From Pedosphaera sp. (GTDB lineage Bacteria > Verrucomicrobiota > Verrucomicrobiia > Limisphaerales > SIBH01): a DNA stretch of 64,000 nucleotides. This document shows positions 21,501 through 30,342 of the stretch, piece after piece. A program made the translations under genes and the position numbers. How positions within the stretch are numbered: position 1 is the stretch's first letter; each line of letters opens with the position of its first letter. The stretch covers positions 21,093-85,092 of the forward strand of contig JANOQV010000152.1 in the NCBI GenBank assembly GCA_031414955.1, written 5' to 3'. The notes below the pieces were generated by a model. It was given only the letters and a program-made list of their open reading frames with translations. It ran no database searches and was not told the DNA's origin.

Positions 21501-22424
21501 ACGCCGCTGCCCGGGCAGAACGGTTCGGCCATCATCAGCCTCATCGTCAGCGACGGCACCAACAGCGCGAGCACCAATTTCCTGCTCACGGTGAACGGGC
21601 TGAATCACGTTCCGACCATCACCGGCGTGGGCGACCAGGCGGTCGATGAGGATGGCGTGAAAGGTCCGCTGGGCTTCGAGGTGGCGGATGGAGAATCGCC
21701 TGCGGCCAGCCTGACCTTGATCGGCAGTTCCTCCAATCCCTCGTTGGTCCCGAGCAATAACATTGTCTTCGGCGGGGCGGGGTCGAATCGCACCCTCACG
21801 GTGACACCTGCGGCGCACGCAAACGGCACGGCCACCATCACCGTGGCGGTGAGCGATGGGACCAACACCGCGACGACCAACTTTGTGCTCACCGTCAATC
21901 CGGTGAATGATGCGCCGACCATTGGTTCCGTGGCGGATCAGTCCGTGCTCACGAATCTCTCGACCGCCCCGTTCAGCTTCGTGGTGGGAGATCGGGAGAC
22001 GGCGGCCGGGGCACTGACCTTGATCGGTGGCTCCTCCAACCCGGCCCTCGTGCCCACCAACAGCATCGTGTTTGGCGGCACGGACTCCAACCGGACGGTT
22101 ACAATTACCCCGGCGACGGACGCCGAAGGTGCCTCGACGATCACCCTCTCCGTCAGTGACGGTACGACCAATGCCAGCACTAGTTTCGTACTCACCGTGT
22201 TTGCGGGGCCAAAACTCAAGTTCCTGGGCCGCGATGGCAATGGCGACGCGGTACTGGAACTGAGCGTCATTCCTTTGCGCGACTACACGATTCAAGGCGG
22301 CACGAATTTCGCGGACTGGGTGCCACTGGGGGTTGTGCAGTCCACGAACTCCACCGTGATCTTCACGGATACGAATACTTCGATGCGGGCCTTCCAGTTC
22401 TACCGGGCCAGGCTGGAGCCATAA
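15588..22424 (+). CDS. Giant secreted adhesin-like protein: about 16 Ig/cadherin-like repeats, three P-like domains, C-terminal QFYR domain, no recognisable catalytic domain
   Basis: Signal peptide ending ARELSA, repeated N(D/T)(A/P)P.I..I.(D/N)Q units, three P-like modules. Start codon uncertain (15543-15624). Confidence 0.85.
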   Translation: MMNVGLYFRGLGMRRGESSKFPSCHAVVKPSGLRWLALLIVCFSSLVARELSAANTAPVVDSVVAVTGPSVLVDHPSLYKFYVRDQETASNNLQLSLTSSNPALLPASNVVFHYFLFDPDGQHWYMTMTPAFGQTGTGTVTVNFSDGTNITSTNITLTVSPPPSGGARFANSTPIGIPLAAGPATVYPSTISVSGMSGTTTNVTVSLRRFSHEFPGNVHMMLVSPTGQKSVFWSKCGRGTQVTNVNATMTDRAFDFAPLPDEFEIWSEQFRPTDRAGTWDSITNNFPAPAPAPPYPPVPLSEAFYTAFNGASPNGTWSLYVYDDTTGAQGSIAGGWSLMVLTAGAVNQSPTISDIGNQATTTNVPTAAIPFTIGDAETPAASLTLGRASSNTTLVPTNNIVFGGSGANRTVTVTPAAGQTGTATITVSVRDGTNTTSDDFLLTVTQSNTPPTISTIANQSTPEDAPTSAIAFTIGDSDTPSASLTLSNASSNTTLVPTNNIVFGGSGSNRTVTVTPATNLSGSATITITVSDGLLSRSTNFVLTVTPVNDAPAISDIPDQLTATNVGTGPIAFTVGDVETAAGSLTLLRASSNTGLVPTNNIVFGGSGGNRTVTVTPATGQSGQSTISVTVRDGTNNTTDTFVLTVVAPGANQPPTIGTIPNQTTIIDQPTYPFLLVIDDPETAKVDLRMTATSSDQSVVPNANIFFGTFTPNQYLTVTPAFGRASGTATITVNVSDGTNSASTNFLFTINPPPTGWSRFANTNAVSIPDSGVASPYPSTINVSSMGGTIANLELTISRFSHQFVPEVDMLLVSPSGQEVMLMSGVAEGRGVSNSTITLTDSAPFPLPQSFDIWPQPLQPTDWIGTNVLPSPAPARPYGATAMSTFNGLSANGNWTLYVNDRFPGASGTIAGGWSLLVATTGGNASAPSISDIPNQTTVSNVPTAAIPFIITDPDTALGSLTLLRSSSNPTLVPTNGIVFGGSGSNRTVTVTPAAGQLGTATITVTVSDGTNTASDNFLLTVNQANTPPSISTIANQSTPEDTATAAIPFTIGDSGTPVDSLVLTKASSNTALIPTNNIVFGGSGSNRTVTVTPVTNLSGSATITITVSDGLLNRSTNFVLTVTPVNDGPVMSDIPDQATIADSSTAPYPFTVGDVETAAGSLTLAAGSSNPSLVATNNVIFGGSASNRTVSVTPTAGQTGQSLIFVTVGDGANETTDTFLLTVNPPGANLPPTISDVTDQVIDEDGTTGALAFTILDPETPSASLTLSRGSSNPALVPTNNIVLGGSGASRTMTITPAANVSGVSTITLTVGDGTNLTSDSFLLTVNDVNDAPSTTGIANQSTIIGVPVGPLNFTINDAETPAASLVVDKASSDETLVPLGNIVFGGSGSNLNLTVTPAPGLTGTADITLSVSDGTNTTSTNFILTVSVGIVSTISFTNGAMLTLSNALPGPASVYPSPIHVSGQSGLVTNVTVMLRNITHAWTRDIDVVLVAPNGRAVIMMSDGGNGAANGVTLTLSDAAPSSVPQTALTTGTFRPADAAPADVFPLPGPGAPFYTVLSAFKNQGPNGTWALYVQDDGTNDLGRITDGWTLTLTTISDLSLAPEISAPANVIISEEGTTGLLDFTVGDADDDVATLAVTAISSHPALISTNNIVLGGSGANRTVSVTPTTNATGPVTIWLTVNDGTNTASTNFLVTMTGINDAPTITGITNRTVNEDLATSAISFTIIDVETPAASLQLSKDSSDPVLVPISNIVFGGSGSNRTVTVTPAANQSGSAIITLTVSDGTNSATTNFLLTVNPVNDAPALTGVGDQTIDEDIATPLLNFLVGDIETEAASLLVTRGSSNPALVPASNIVLGGSDSNRTVVVTPAPDVSGTATITLTVSDGTNTASTNFVVTVLPSNDAPTVSGIADQTIDENGATGLLNFTVGDVETLAADLAVSGDSSNPSLIPVGNIVLGGAGVGRTVQVTPLPGQNGSAIISLIVSDGTNSASTNFLLTVNGLNHVPTITGVGDQAVDEDGVKGPLGFEVADGESPAASLTLIGSSSNPSLVPSNNIVFGGAGSNRTLTVTPAAHANGTATITVAVSDGTNTATTNFVLTVNPVNDAPTIGSVADQSVLTNLSTAPFSFVVGDRETAAGALTLIGGSSNPALVPTNSIVFGGTDSNRTVTITPATDAEGASTITLSVSDGTTNASTSFVLTVFAGPKLKFLGRDGNGDAVLELSVIPLRDYTIQGGTNFADWVPLGVVQSTNSTVIFTDTNTSMRAFQFYRARLEP

Positions 22425-22523
22425 GCAGCGGCAAGATTGGCGTGAGCGCCGGGCCGAAGCCCGGGCTGGCTTGGCGCAGAACTTTCTCGCTCCCGTCCGC
22501 GGGGCGGGTTCTATTTCCCGCCG

Positions 22524-23303
22524 ATGCTTGCGAAACGAGTCATTCCCTGTCTGGACGTGCATGGCGGCCAGGTCACGCGCGGAGTCCAGTTCGGACGCGC
22601 CGAGGCCGGCGAACTGCGCAATGTGGGCGATCCAGTCGAGCTGGCCGTGCGCTATAACGAGCAAGGCGCGGATGAGATGGTCTTCTTCGACATCACGGCC
22701 AGCGCGCACGGGCGCGCGACCATCATCGATGTCATTGAGCGTACCGCCGATCAATGCTTCATGCCGCTGACGGTCGGCGGCGGCATTCGCACTGTGGAGG
22801 ATATGCACCAGATGTTGCGGGCCGGGGCAGACAAGGTGAGCATCAACTCCTCGGCCCTCGCCACGCCGGAATTGATTCGCGGCGGCGCGGAAAAATTCGG
22901 CAGCCAGTGCATCGTCGTTTCGATTGATTGCAAGCGCGTCGCGCCGGGGCGTTGGGAAGTCTTCTCCCACGGCGGACGCAAATCCACCGGCCTTGAAACC
23001 GTGGAGTGGGCGCAGCGCGCGGTGGCGCTCGGTTCGGGCGAGATCGTCCTGAACAGCATCGACGCCGACGGCACCAAGGCCGGCTTCGATCTGGAAATCA
23101 CCCGGCGGGTGAGCGAGTCGGTCGGGGTGCCGGTCGTGGCCAGCGGTGGAGCCGGCAGCCTCGATCACATGGCCGATGTGCTGGAAAAGGGCCGCGCCGA
23201 CGCCGTGCTCGCCGCGAGCATTTTTCACTTTGGCACTTATACCGTGGGCGAGGTGAAGCATTTTCTTGCCGCCAGAAAAATTCCAGTGCGCATCGTTGGC
23301 TGA
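22524..23303 (+). CDS. hisF: Imidazole glycerol phosphate synthase cyclase subunit
   Basis: [47 protein letters not shown]. Confidence 0.97.
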   Translation: MLAKRVIPCLDVHGGQVTRGVQFGRAEAGELRNVGDPVELAVRYNEQGADEMVFFDITASAHGRATIIDVIERTADQCFMPLTVGGGIRTVEDMHQMLRAGADKVSINSSALATPELIRGGAEKFGSQCIVVSIDCKRVAPGRWEVFSHGGRKSTGLETVEWAQRAVALGSGEIVLNSIDADGTKAGFDLEITRRVSESVGVPVVASGGAGSLDHMADVLEKGRADAVLAASIFHFGTYTVGEVKHFLAARKIPVRIVG

Positions 23304-23605
23304 AGCTCCGGCCATCGCGTGACCGCCGTGATTCGCTGGATGCATCAGCGAAAGGAGCGCCGGGCATGGCTCGGCCTCCGGGGAAATGTCGTTCCATCAT
23401 GCCAGCTCAACGAGCATGTCCAGGTTGCACAGCTTCATTTTGCTCAGAGCCGGTCGCGTTTGGACATTGCTGATCAAAAGCAACGACCGTTGTGCCACCG
23501 ACCATGACGCCATTGAGAGTGCCGATAAGCGCAGTCCTGATGAGTGGGGCGAGATGGACGAAGCAACATCGAATTTGAGCCGCAACTTGCAAGCCTCAAG
23601 CGCAC

Positions 23606-25090
23606 TTACGCCAGCACGCCTTTCACCACTTCGCTGCCCGGTTTGGTCACATTGGTCAGGCGCATGTTCACGCCGGAAACCGGGTAGGTGAACTTCAGGT
23701 GATCGTAGCCCAGCAGGTGCAGCATGGTGGCGTGCCAATCGTGGACGGAAACCTTGTCGATGACGGACTGGTAACCGAACTCATCCGTCTCGCCGAAGCT
23801 GAAGCCGCGCTTCACGCCGCCGCCGGCCATCCAGAGCGTGAAGGCTCCGGGATTGTGATCGCGTCCGATTAACTTCATCTCCATGCCGCTGCGGTTCTCG
23901 CGCATCGGGGTGCGGCCGAACTCTCCGCTCCACACAATGAGCGTGTCGTCGAGCAGACCGCGCTGCTTGAGATCCGTGATGAGGGCCATGAGCGGGCGGT
24001 CCACGCCCTTGCACTTGTCCTTGAAGCCGTGCCCCAGGGCTTCATTTTCGCCCGCGCCGTGGCTGTCCCAGCCCCAGTCGAAGAGTTGGACGTAGCGCAC
24101 GCCGCGCTCGGCCAGACGGCGCGCGAGCAGGCAGTTGTTGGCAAAGGACTCCTTGCCCGGCTGTGTGCCGTAAAGTTCGTGGATGTTCGCCGGCTCCTGC
24201 TTGAGATCGAAGGCGTCGCTGGCGTTGACCTGCATGCGGAAGGCCATTTCGTATTGCGCGATGCGGGTGATGGTTTCGGGGTCGCCGGTTTGCTTCGCTG
24301 TCTGCTGGTTGATTTCGTTGAGCGCGTCGAGCGTGCGGCGGCGCAGGTCGCGGGTGATGCCCGGTGGGTTGGAGAGGAACAAAACCGGATCGCCCTGTGA
24401 GCGGCACTGCACGCCTTGATACACCGATGGCAGAAAGCCCGAACCCCAGACCGACTTGCCTGCATCCGGATTCTTTCCGCCGCTGGTCAGCACGATGAAG
24501 CCAGGGAGGTTCTGATTCTCCGAGCCGAGCCCGTAAGTCGCCCACGCGCCCGCGCTGGCCCAACCGGGATTCTGCGTGCCGGTGTGCATGAGCAATTGCG
24601 CCGGGCCGTGATTGAACTGGTCCGTGAACATCGACTTGATGAAGCAAACCTCGTCCGCAACTTTCGCGAACTCGGGCAGGCGGTCCGAAATCCACTGGCC
24701 GCTCTGGCCGTGCTGCTTGAAGGCATATTGTGGCCCGAGCATTTTGGGCACGCCTTGGATGAAGGCGAACTGCTTGCCCTTGAGGAACGATTCGGGGCAG
24801 TCCAGGCCATCCATCTTCGCCAGTTCCGGCTTGTAGTCGAACAGCTCGTGCTGGCTCGGCGAGCCGGCCATGTGCAGGTAGATCACGCGCTTGGCTTTCG
24901 CCGGCAACGGTGGCGCGCTCGGTAACAGTGGACGCGCGGGATCGCGCTTGAGCGCGCCCTCTGCGCCCCACGCCCGGCCGGTGAGGCTCGCGAACCAGAG
25001 CGCGCCGAGTCCGGTGGTGCAGTCGCGCAGGAAGTGGCGGCGGGTCTTGAGCAGCAAGGAATCGTGGTGAAACTGGTGGTGGAGGTTCAT
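23606..25090 (-). CDS. DUF1501 domain sulfatase-superfamily protein, Tat signal
   Basis: TRRHFL, AKAKRVIYLHMAGSPSQHELFDYKP, GWDSH, GEFGRTP, GRDH, WMAGGG. Confidence 0.9.
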   Translation of the reverse strand: MNLHHQFHHDSLLLKTRRHFLRDCTTGLGALWFASLTGRAWGAEGALKRDPARPLLPSAPPLPAKAKRVIYLHMAGSPSQHELFDYKPELAKMDGLDCPESFLKGKQFAFIQGVPKMLGPQYAFKQHGQSGQWISDRLPEFAKVADEVCFIKSMFTDQFNHGPAQLLMHTGTQNPGWASAGAWATYGLGSENQNLPGFIVLTSGGKNPDAGKSVWGSGFLPSVYQGVQCRSQGDPVLFLSNPPGITRDLRRRTLDALNEINQQTAKQTGDPETITRIAQYEMAFRMQVNASDAFDLKQEPANIHELYGTQPGKESFANNCLLARRLAERGVRYVQLFDWGWDSHGAGENEALGHGFKDKCKGVDRPLMALITDLKQRGLLDDTLIVWSGEFGRTPMRENRSGMEMKLIGRDHNPGAFTLWMAGGGVKRGFSFGETDEFGYQSVIDKVSVHDWHATMLHLLGYDHLKFTYPVSGVNMRLTNVTKPGSEVVKGVLA

Positions 25091-25095
25091 GGCAT

Positions 25096-28032
25096 TCAGC
25101 GAGTCAGGGACGTGTCCAGATTCAACAGCGTGTTCGCCACCAGCGTCAGCGCGGCCTGTTCGGGCGTAGCCCCGAGCTTGGCGGAGGATTCTGTGTCGGC
25201 ACGGTAGTCGGCCAGCGCGCCTTGGTAGAGTTTCACGAGGGCGTTCACCGTGGCGCGCGGCGGGGCGTCGAGCGTGAGCAGACGGCAGCCGCGCTCGATC
25301 ATTTCTCGGGGGGAACCGCCGTCCGTTTCCATGCGACTGCTCAACGCCTGGGCCATCTCGATGAAGGCCGGGTCATTCAGCACAGTCAGCGCCTGAAGCG
25401 GCGTGTTGCTGGGGAGGCGTCGCGCTGTGCAGACGTCGCGCGTGGGCGCATCGAAGGTCAGGAACATCGGATACCCGCTGGTGCGCTTGGCGTAAGTGTA
25501 GAGGCCGCGACGGAAACGGTTCTCATTGGTCGAGGTGTTCCACTTCTCGCCGTTATAGACGGAGTTCCAGATGCCGTCGGGCTGCGGCGGATACACCGGC
25601 GGGCCAAATTGCTTTGCCACCAGCAAGCCCGAGACGGCCAGCGCTTGGTCGCGCACCATCTCCGCGGTGAGGCGCGAGCGCGGGCCGCGGGCATAAAGCT
25701 GATTGGCCGCATCCTTCTCCAGCAGTTTTGGCGTGGCGCGCGAGCTTTGGGCGTAGGTGGCGGAGAGCGCGATCGCCCGCAGGAAAGATTTCACCGACCA
25801 TTTCAACTCGCCGCGCAGTCGCAGGGCGAGGTGGTCAAGCAGTTCGGGATGCGTCGGCTTCGCGCCGGAAGTGCCGAAATCCTCCAAGGTCTCGACCATG
25901 CCATGCCCGAACATCTCGGCCCAGAGGCGATTGGCCAGCACGCGCGCGGCCAGCGGGTTTTGATCGCCGACCAGCCAGCGCGCCAGGTCGAGGCGGTCGA
26001 GCGTGGCCTTCTTCGGCGGTTGCACCACGTCGGGCACACCGGGCGTCACGAGTTCGTCGCGGGTCAGCCGGTTGCCGCGGAGGAAGACGCGCGTCTCGCG
26101 CGTCGCCGCGCGCGAACGCTCGACCAGGACGGGCACGCTGATGCCGGGAAAATCCTTCAGTCGATCGCGCGCCGCGCGCCATTGCTTCCAGGCCTCGGCG
26201 CGGCCGGGCGCGCTGGCGAAGTCGGTGAGCTTCGGGTCCGTGCTGGCCGAGAGCGCGAAGTGTTTCAGCGGGCATCCTTGAAACCCGGAGTTGGCCGCGA
26301 TGCCGTGCTCGAAGACAAGTTGCACCGTCGCGCCGTCGGGCGCGTCGAGCGGCTTCTCCAGCACCACCAAGCCCCAGCGCGGCCCGGACATCACCGGATA
26401 GCTGCCGAAGCCGCCGTCGCCCGTGATGATTTTGTTTGGATCGCGCGGCCCGGAGATTTGGTCGGCAATGACCTCCTTGAGCTTCACCGGTTGGTTCGAC
26501 GCTCCGGGCACGACAAGCGAGACGGTGAGCTTGGAGAACATCTGGCCGCGCTCGGGCGTGCCCTTCGAGTCCTCGGAGCCGGGGAACAGCTCGATCCTGA
26601 GCGCGGTCATTCCCACCACGGCCGGGACGGTGAGCGTGTATTGCACCGCGATGGGCAGCGTGCCACTGGCGTGGACGCGCCCGCCTTCCGCGATGGTGAG
26701 CGTGCCGCCGCTGGCCTTCGCCGACTGCGGCACGAGCGGCTTCCAGTCGGAGACTTTCGCCGCCACGACCAGTCCCTCGTTGTTCAGCTTCTCGCGCTGG
26801 AGCCGGGAGTCGCGCTGGAGTCGCACGCCCTCCTCGCGCTTCGCCAGGTCATTCGCGAAGGTGTAGCGCGGGAAGTCATCGTTCTGATCGCAGTCCTCGG
26901 TGTTGTTGAAGAAGGCGGCAAAGCGGTAGTAGTCGCGGTGCGGGTAGGGATCGTAAGGATGCGAGTGGCACTGCACGCAGCCAAAGGTGGTCGCATTCCA
27001 GGCCGTCCAAGTGGTGCTCACGCGGTCGAACACGGCGGCGTTGCGATATTCCTCATCGTCGGTCCCGCCCTCGGTGTTGTTCTGGGTGTTGCGATGGAAG
27101 GCGGTCGCGAGCAAGTCGTCCGCAGTTGGATTTGGCAGCAGATCCCCGGCGAGCTGTTTGATGGTGAACTGGTCGAAGGGGAGGTCGGCGTTGAAGGCGC
27201 GGGTCACCCAGTCGCGCCACGGCCAGATGTCGCGGTGCGGATCCTTCTCGTAGCCGAAGGTGTCCGAGTAACGCGCCAGGTCGAGCCATACCGAGGCCCA
27301 GCGCTCACCGAATTGCGGCGAGGACAACAGGCGATCCACCACGCGCTCCTTGGCGGTCGTGGGATTCTTGGCGCGGTCCTTTACGAACGTGTCGTATTCC
27401 TCGGGTGTGGGCGGCAGGCCAATCAGGTCGAGTGACACGCGGCGCAGCCATTCAGCGGGTGTGGCTTCAGGCGATGGTTTCAGTGACTCCGCTTCCAGTC
27501 GCGCGAGGATGAACTCATCGAGGGAAGACTTCGCCCACACCTTGTTCTTCAGCTTTGGGGTCGGCGGTTCCTGCGGCGGCACGAATGACCAGTGCTCGCT
27601 CCATTTCGCGCCTTCCGAAATCCACTGCCGCAAGGTGGCGATGTTCTGGTCGCTCAGGCGCGGGCCGTGGTCGGGCTTGGGCATCACCTCGTCCGGGTCT
27701 TTCGAGAGCACGCGGCGCATCAACTCTGATTGCCCTGGGTCGCCCGGCACGATGGGGCGTTCGCCGGACTTGGCCGGGGCCAGCGCCTTGTCGCGGTAGA
27801 TGAGCGAGAGTTTTCCCGCCGCCTTTACCCCACCGTGGCAGGCCGTGCAGTGCTGGGCGAAGATGGGCCGGATGTCGCGGTTGAACTCAGTGGGTTGGGG
27901 GTTGCGCGGACCGGCGGCCGAGGCGTCAGCCCAAGCCAGCAAAGCCACTCCCAGTCCGATGCCCAGGGTTAATTCCTTAATGCACATGTTCATTCGCGAG
28001 TCCGTCGCAGCTGAGAACTGATTGATGTTCAA
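25096..28032 (-). CDS. Planctomycete cytochrome c / DUF1549 / DUF1553 (PSD1) protein
   Basis: FNRDIRPIFAQHCTACHG, WLDLARYSD, CVQCHSHPYDP, NTPLQALTVLND. Exact start uncertain. Confidence 0.9.
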   Translation of the reverse strand: MNINQFSAATDSRMNMCIKELTLGIGLGVALLAWADASAAGPRNPQPTEFNRDIRPIFAQHCTACHGGVKAAGKLSLIYRDKALAPAKSGERPIVPGDPGQSELMRRVLSKDPDEVMPKPDHGPRLSDQNIATLRQWISEGAKWSEHWSFVPPQEPPTPKLKNKVWAKSSLDEFILARLEAESLKPSPEATPAEWLRRVSLDLIGLPPTPEEYDTFVKDRAKNPTTAKERVVDRLLSSPQFGERWASVWLDLARYSDTFGYEKDPHRDIWPWRDWVTRAFNADLPFDQFTIKQLAGDLLPNPTADDLLATAFHRNTQNNTEGGTDDEEYRNAAVFDRVSTTWTAWNATTFGCVQCHSHPYDPYPHRDYYRFAAFFNNTEDCDQNDDFPRYTFANDLAKREEGVRLQRDSRLQREKLNNEGLVVAAKVSDWKPLVPQSAKASGGTLTIAEGGRVHASGTLPIAVQYTLTVPAVVGMTALRIELFPGSEDSKGTPERGQMFSKLTVSLVVPGASNQPVKLKEVIADQISGPRDPNKIITGDGGFGSYPVMSGPRWGLVVLEKPLDAPDGATVQLVFEHGIAANSGFQGCPLKHFALSASTDPKLTDFASAPGRAEAWKQWRAARDRLKDFPGISVPVLVERSRAATRETRVFLRGNRLTRDELVTPGVPDVVQPPKKATLDRLDLARWLVGDQNPLAARVLANRLWAEMFGHGMVETLEDFGTSGAKPTHPELLDHLALRLRGELKWSVKSFLRAIALSATYAQSSRATPKLLEKDAANQLYARGPRSRLTAEMVRDQALAVSGLLVAKQFGPPVYPPQPDGIWNSVYNGEKWNTSTNENRFRRGLYTYAKRTSGYPMFLTFDAPTRDVCTARRLPSNTPLQALTVLNDPAFIEMAQALSSRMETDGGSPREMIERGCRLLTLDAPPRATVNALVKLYQGALADYRADTESSAKLGATPEQAALTLVANTLLNLDTSLTR

Positions 28033-28154
28033 TATGATAGTGACTGCGGACCTCCTGCGGCAATTCAGGGGTGGAGCAATCTGTTGGACCGACCTCCAAC
28101 CCAGCGTGGCGGTGATGGGTTCTGCGCAAGTACCTCAAACGAAATCCGTCTTCC

Positions 28155-30134
28155 TCACTCAATCAGCACGTTCACAATCGCGTTCCCGATGCCGATTATG
28201 GCCGCGCCGGAGATGAGGCCGGCGCAAATTGGTTCGCAGCCTTCCACCCAGAACTCATGCGCCTTGGTGCCGGGCGCGGGCTTCTGCCGCGCCTTCCACC
28301 AGAAGGGCAGGGCACCCAGCCACATGGCGAGGCAGGCATCCGGTGGCAGCACCACGCCGAGTCCGACGGACACGGATGAAATAGGGAATCGTCCTTTGGT
28401 GGTGATGCGCAGCACCTCGAAGATAATCGCGGCCAAGGCGGCCATCCCCATGGCGAGGAACGCCGACGTGGGCAGGCTGCTCACGCCCTTGGCGATCAGG
28501 TCGGCCACGCCTTTCCATTGCAGCGCGGCGGGCATGGCGAATTGCTCGGAGACAATCGTGGAGACTGAGCGCACCCCTTCCTTGTTTGGCGGCAGGAAGA
28601 GCAGGAAAAAGAGCGGCGTGGAGGCGATCGCGCCCGCGAAAATGCCAATGACATGGCCGATGGCCTGCTGACGCGGCTTCGCGCCGAGCATGTAGCCGGG
28701 CTTGATGTCGGACAGCAGGTTGGCGGCGTTGGAAGCGATCTCGGCCGTCATGCCGGCGGGAATGAGGTTGCTGGCCGGATTCGTGCGGTCGATGGCACCC
28801 ATGCTAAACTGCGTGATCTTTGAGAGCGCGCCCGTCGGCATCCACGAGGTCAGCGCCATGGAGTTCGTGCAGATGACCGAGAGGACAAAAATCAACGGCA
28901 ACGAGATGAAGGCCAGCAGCCAGGGCACTCCGAAAAAAACATGAGTCACCCACGCGCCGAGCACGCTGAAGATCGGCACGCCCACAAAGGACATCCAGAG
29001 CGGCAACTCGATCTGGCGCAACACGTCCGGGCCGGCTGGCGCGCGACGGCGGAAGATCTTGAACACGCTTTTGAACAGATCGGGCTTGGCGAACAGGCTG
29101 ACCAGCGAGCCGACGACCATCATGGTCACGCCCCACCAGAGCGACCATTGATTGACGATCTCAGCGCGCGTGATTTGAACGAGCGCGCCGCTGGGTGCGG
29201 TGTAGGCCTTGATCTCGCCGCGCTGGATGATGATGGGCGCGAGCACGGCAAAGTTCATCACCGCGCCGAGCAGGCAACTGGTGGCCACGCGAATGCCCAT
29301 CAGTCCGCCCACGCCCAGCATGGCGGCGTCGAGCGTGAAGCGCAGGCCGAGCTTGGTGAATTCGGTTCCGAGAATGGCCGGCTTCCACCAGCCGAACTTC
29401 GCGGCCAGCGTGTAGTAGTAAGTATCGAGCCGCTCTTGGAGGTGCCACGGCTCCTTCAACTCGGCCCATTGGTGCATCCGTAGCAGCTTGAACTGCAACA
29501 GTTTCATCCACCCGTCGCTGGTGATGAATTGATAGCTCGCCGTGAGGACAGCCGTCACCCCGAGCAGCCGGGCTTTGAACATCCCGGCCGACGCCTGTCC
29601 GGTATAAAGGGTGTCGAGGACCACGCCCGCGGCCCGACCTTCCGGGAACGGGAGTTGTTCCTCGTTGATGAAGCGGCGTTTCATCGGAAACGCGACCAGC
29701 ACGCCGAGGATCGAGATGACCACGTTCCACACGATCATCTGCCACCACGGCACGATGCGGCCCGTAACCAGCATGTAGGCCGCGAGACTGGAGACGAGCG
29801 GCGTGATCATGTAGCCCGCCGCCGTGGCGATGGACTGCGTGCAGTTGTTCTCCAGGATGGTGAGGTCTTTCATCAAACCGGCCCTGGCCAGGATGCGAAA
29901 GAGGGCGAAGGCCAGGATCACCGAGGTCAGCCCCACGCCAATCGTGATGCCGGTCTTGCCCCCGATGTAGAGCGCGGTGGCCGACAGCACGCCACCGAGC
30001 ACGAAGCCCGTGACCGCGGAGCGCATGGTGAGTTGCGCCATGTCGCCGCGATAAATATTTTTCAGCCACCACTCATCCTTCTGGGCGCGGGTCCACGTCC
30101 GCGTCTGCTCGTCGGTCAGTTGTTGCAGGGCCAT
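28155..30134 (-). CDS. OPT family oligopeptide transporter
   Basis: QLTMRS, ILENNCTQSIATAAG, LPFPEGRA, DIKPGYMLGA..RQQ; many transmembrane segments. Confidence 0.9.
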   Translation of the reverse strand: MALQQLTDEQTRTWTRAQKDEWWLKNIYRGDMAQLTMRSAVTGFVLGGVLSATALYIGGKTGITIGVGLTSVILAFALFRILARAGLMKDLTILENNCTQSIATAAGYMITPLVSSLAAYMLVTGRIVPWWQMIVWNVVISILGVLVAFPMKRRFINEEQLPFPEGRAAGVVLDTLYTGQASAGMFKARLLGVTAVLTASYQFITSDGWMKLLQFKLLRMHQWAELKEPWHLQERLDTYYYTLAAKFGWWKPAILGTEFTKLGLRFTLDAAMLGVGGLMGIRVATSCLLGAVMNFAVLAPIIIQRGEIKAYTAPSGALVQITRAEIVNQWSLWWGVTMMVVGSLVSLFAKPDLFKSVFKIFRRRAPAGPDVLRQIELPLWMSFVGVPIFSVLGAWVTHVFFGVPWLLAFISLPLIFVLSVICTNSMALTSWMPTGALSKITQFSMGAIDRTNPASNLIPAGMTAEIASNAANLLSDIKPGYMLGAKPRQQAIGHVIGIFAGAIASTPLFFLLFLPPNKEGVRSVSTIVSEQFAMPAALQWKGVADLIAKGVSSLPTSAFLAMGMAALAAIIFEVLRITTKGRFPISSVSVGLGVVLPPDACLAMWLGALPFWWKARQKPAPGTKAHEFWVEGCEPICAGLISGAAIIGIGNAIVNVLIE

Positions 30135-30186
30135 GCGGTTGGAAATAGCAGGAGCGAGCGGGCGGATGAAAGGTCTGTTGTGGAGC

Positions 30187-30285
30187 GCGGGCTTTCCAGC
30201 CCGCAGCAATGTGAGACACCGAAAGACCCCGAACCGAACGGAGACTGACTGGTCATCGACCGTTGCTGCGGGCTGGAAAGCCCGC
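30187..30285. repeat. REP-like palindromic pair (23-bp perfect inverted repeat)
   Basis: GCGGGCTTTCCAGCCCGCAGCAA (30187-30209) and its reverse complement at 30263-30285. Confidence 0.8.
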
Positions 30286-30342
30286 CCGCCGACGGTTTTT
30301 GGAGTTTGGAATTTTATCCCTCTGCCCTCCATCATCCCGCCC

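Noticed and set aside
6500..22200. Regularly recurring ~30-40 bp near-identical sequences resembling a CRISPR array
   Set aside because: The period is about 300 bp and in frame, so these are protein repeat units; no cas genes are present.
19962..23345. 1127-aa minus-strand ORF and the many other antisense ORFs over the giant genes
   Set aside because: Mirror frames of repetitive GC-rich coding sequence and hisF.
23304..23605. Short ORFs between convergent hisF and the DUF1501 gene
   Set aside because: No motif or convincing start; cannot be supported as genes.
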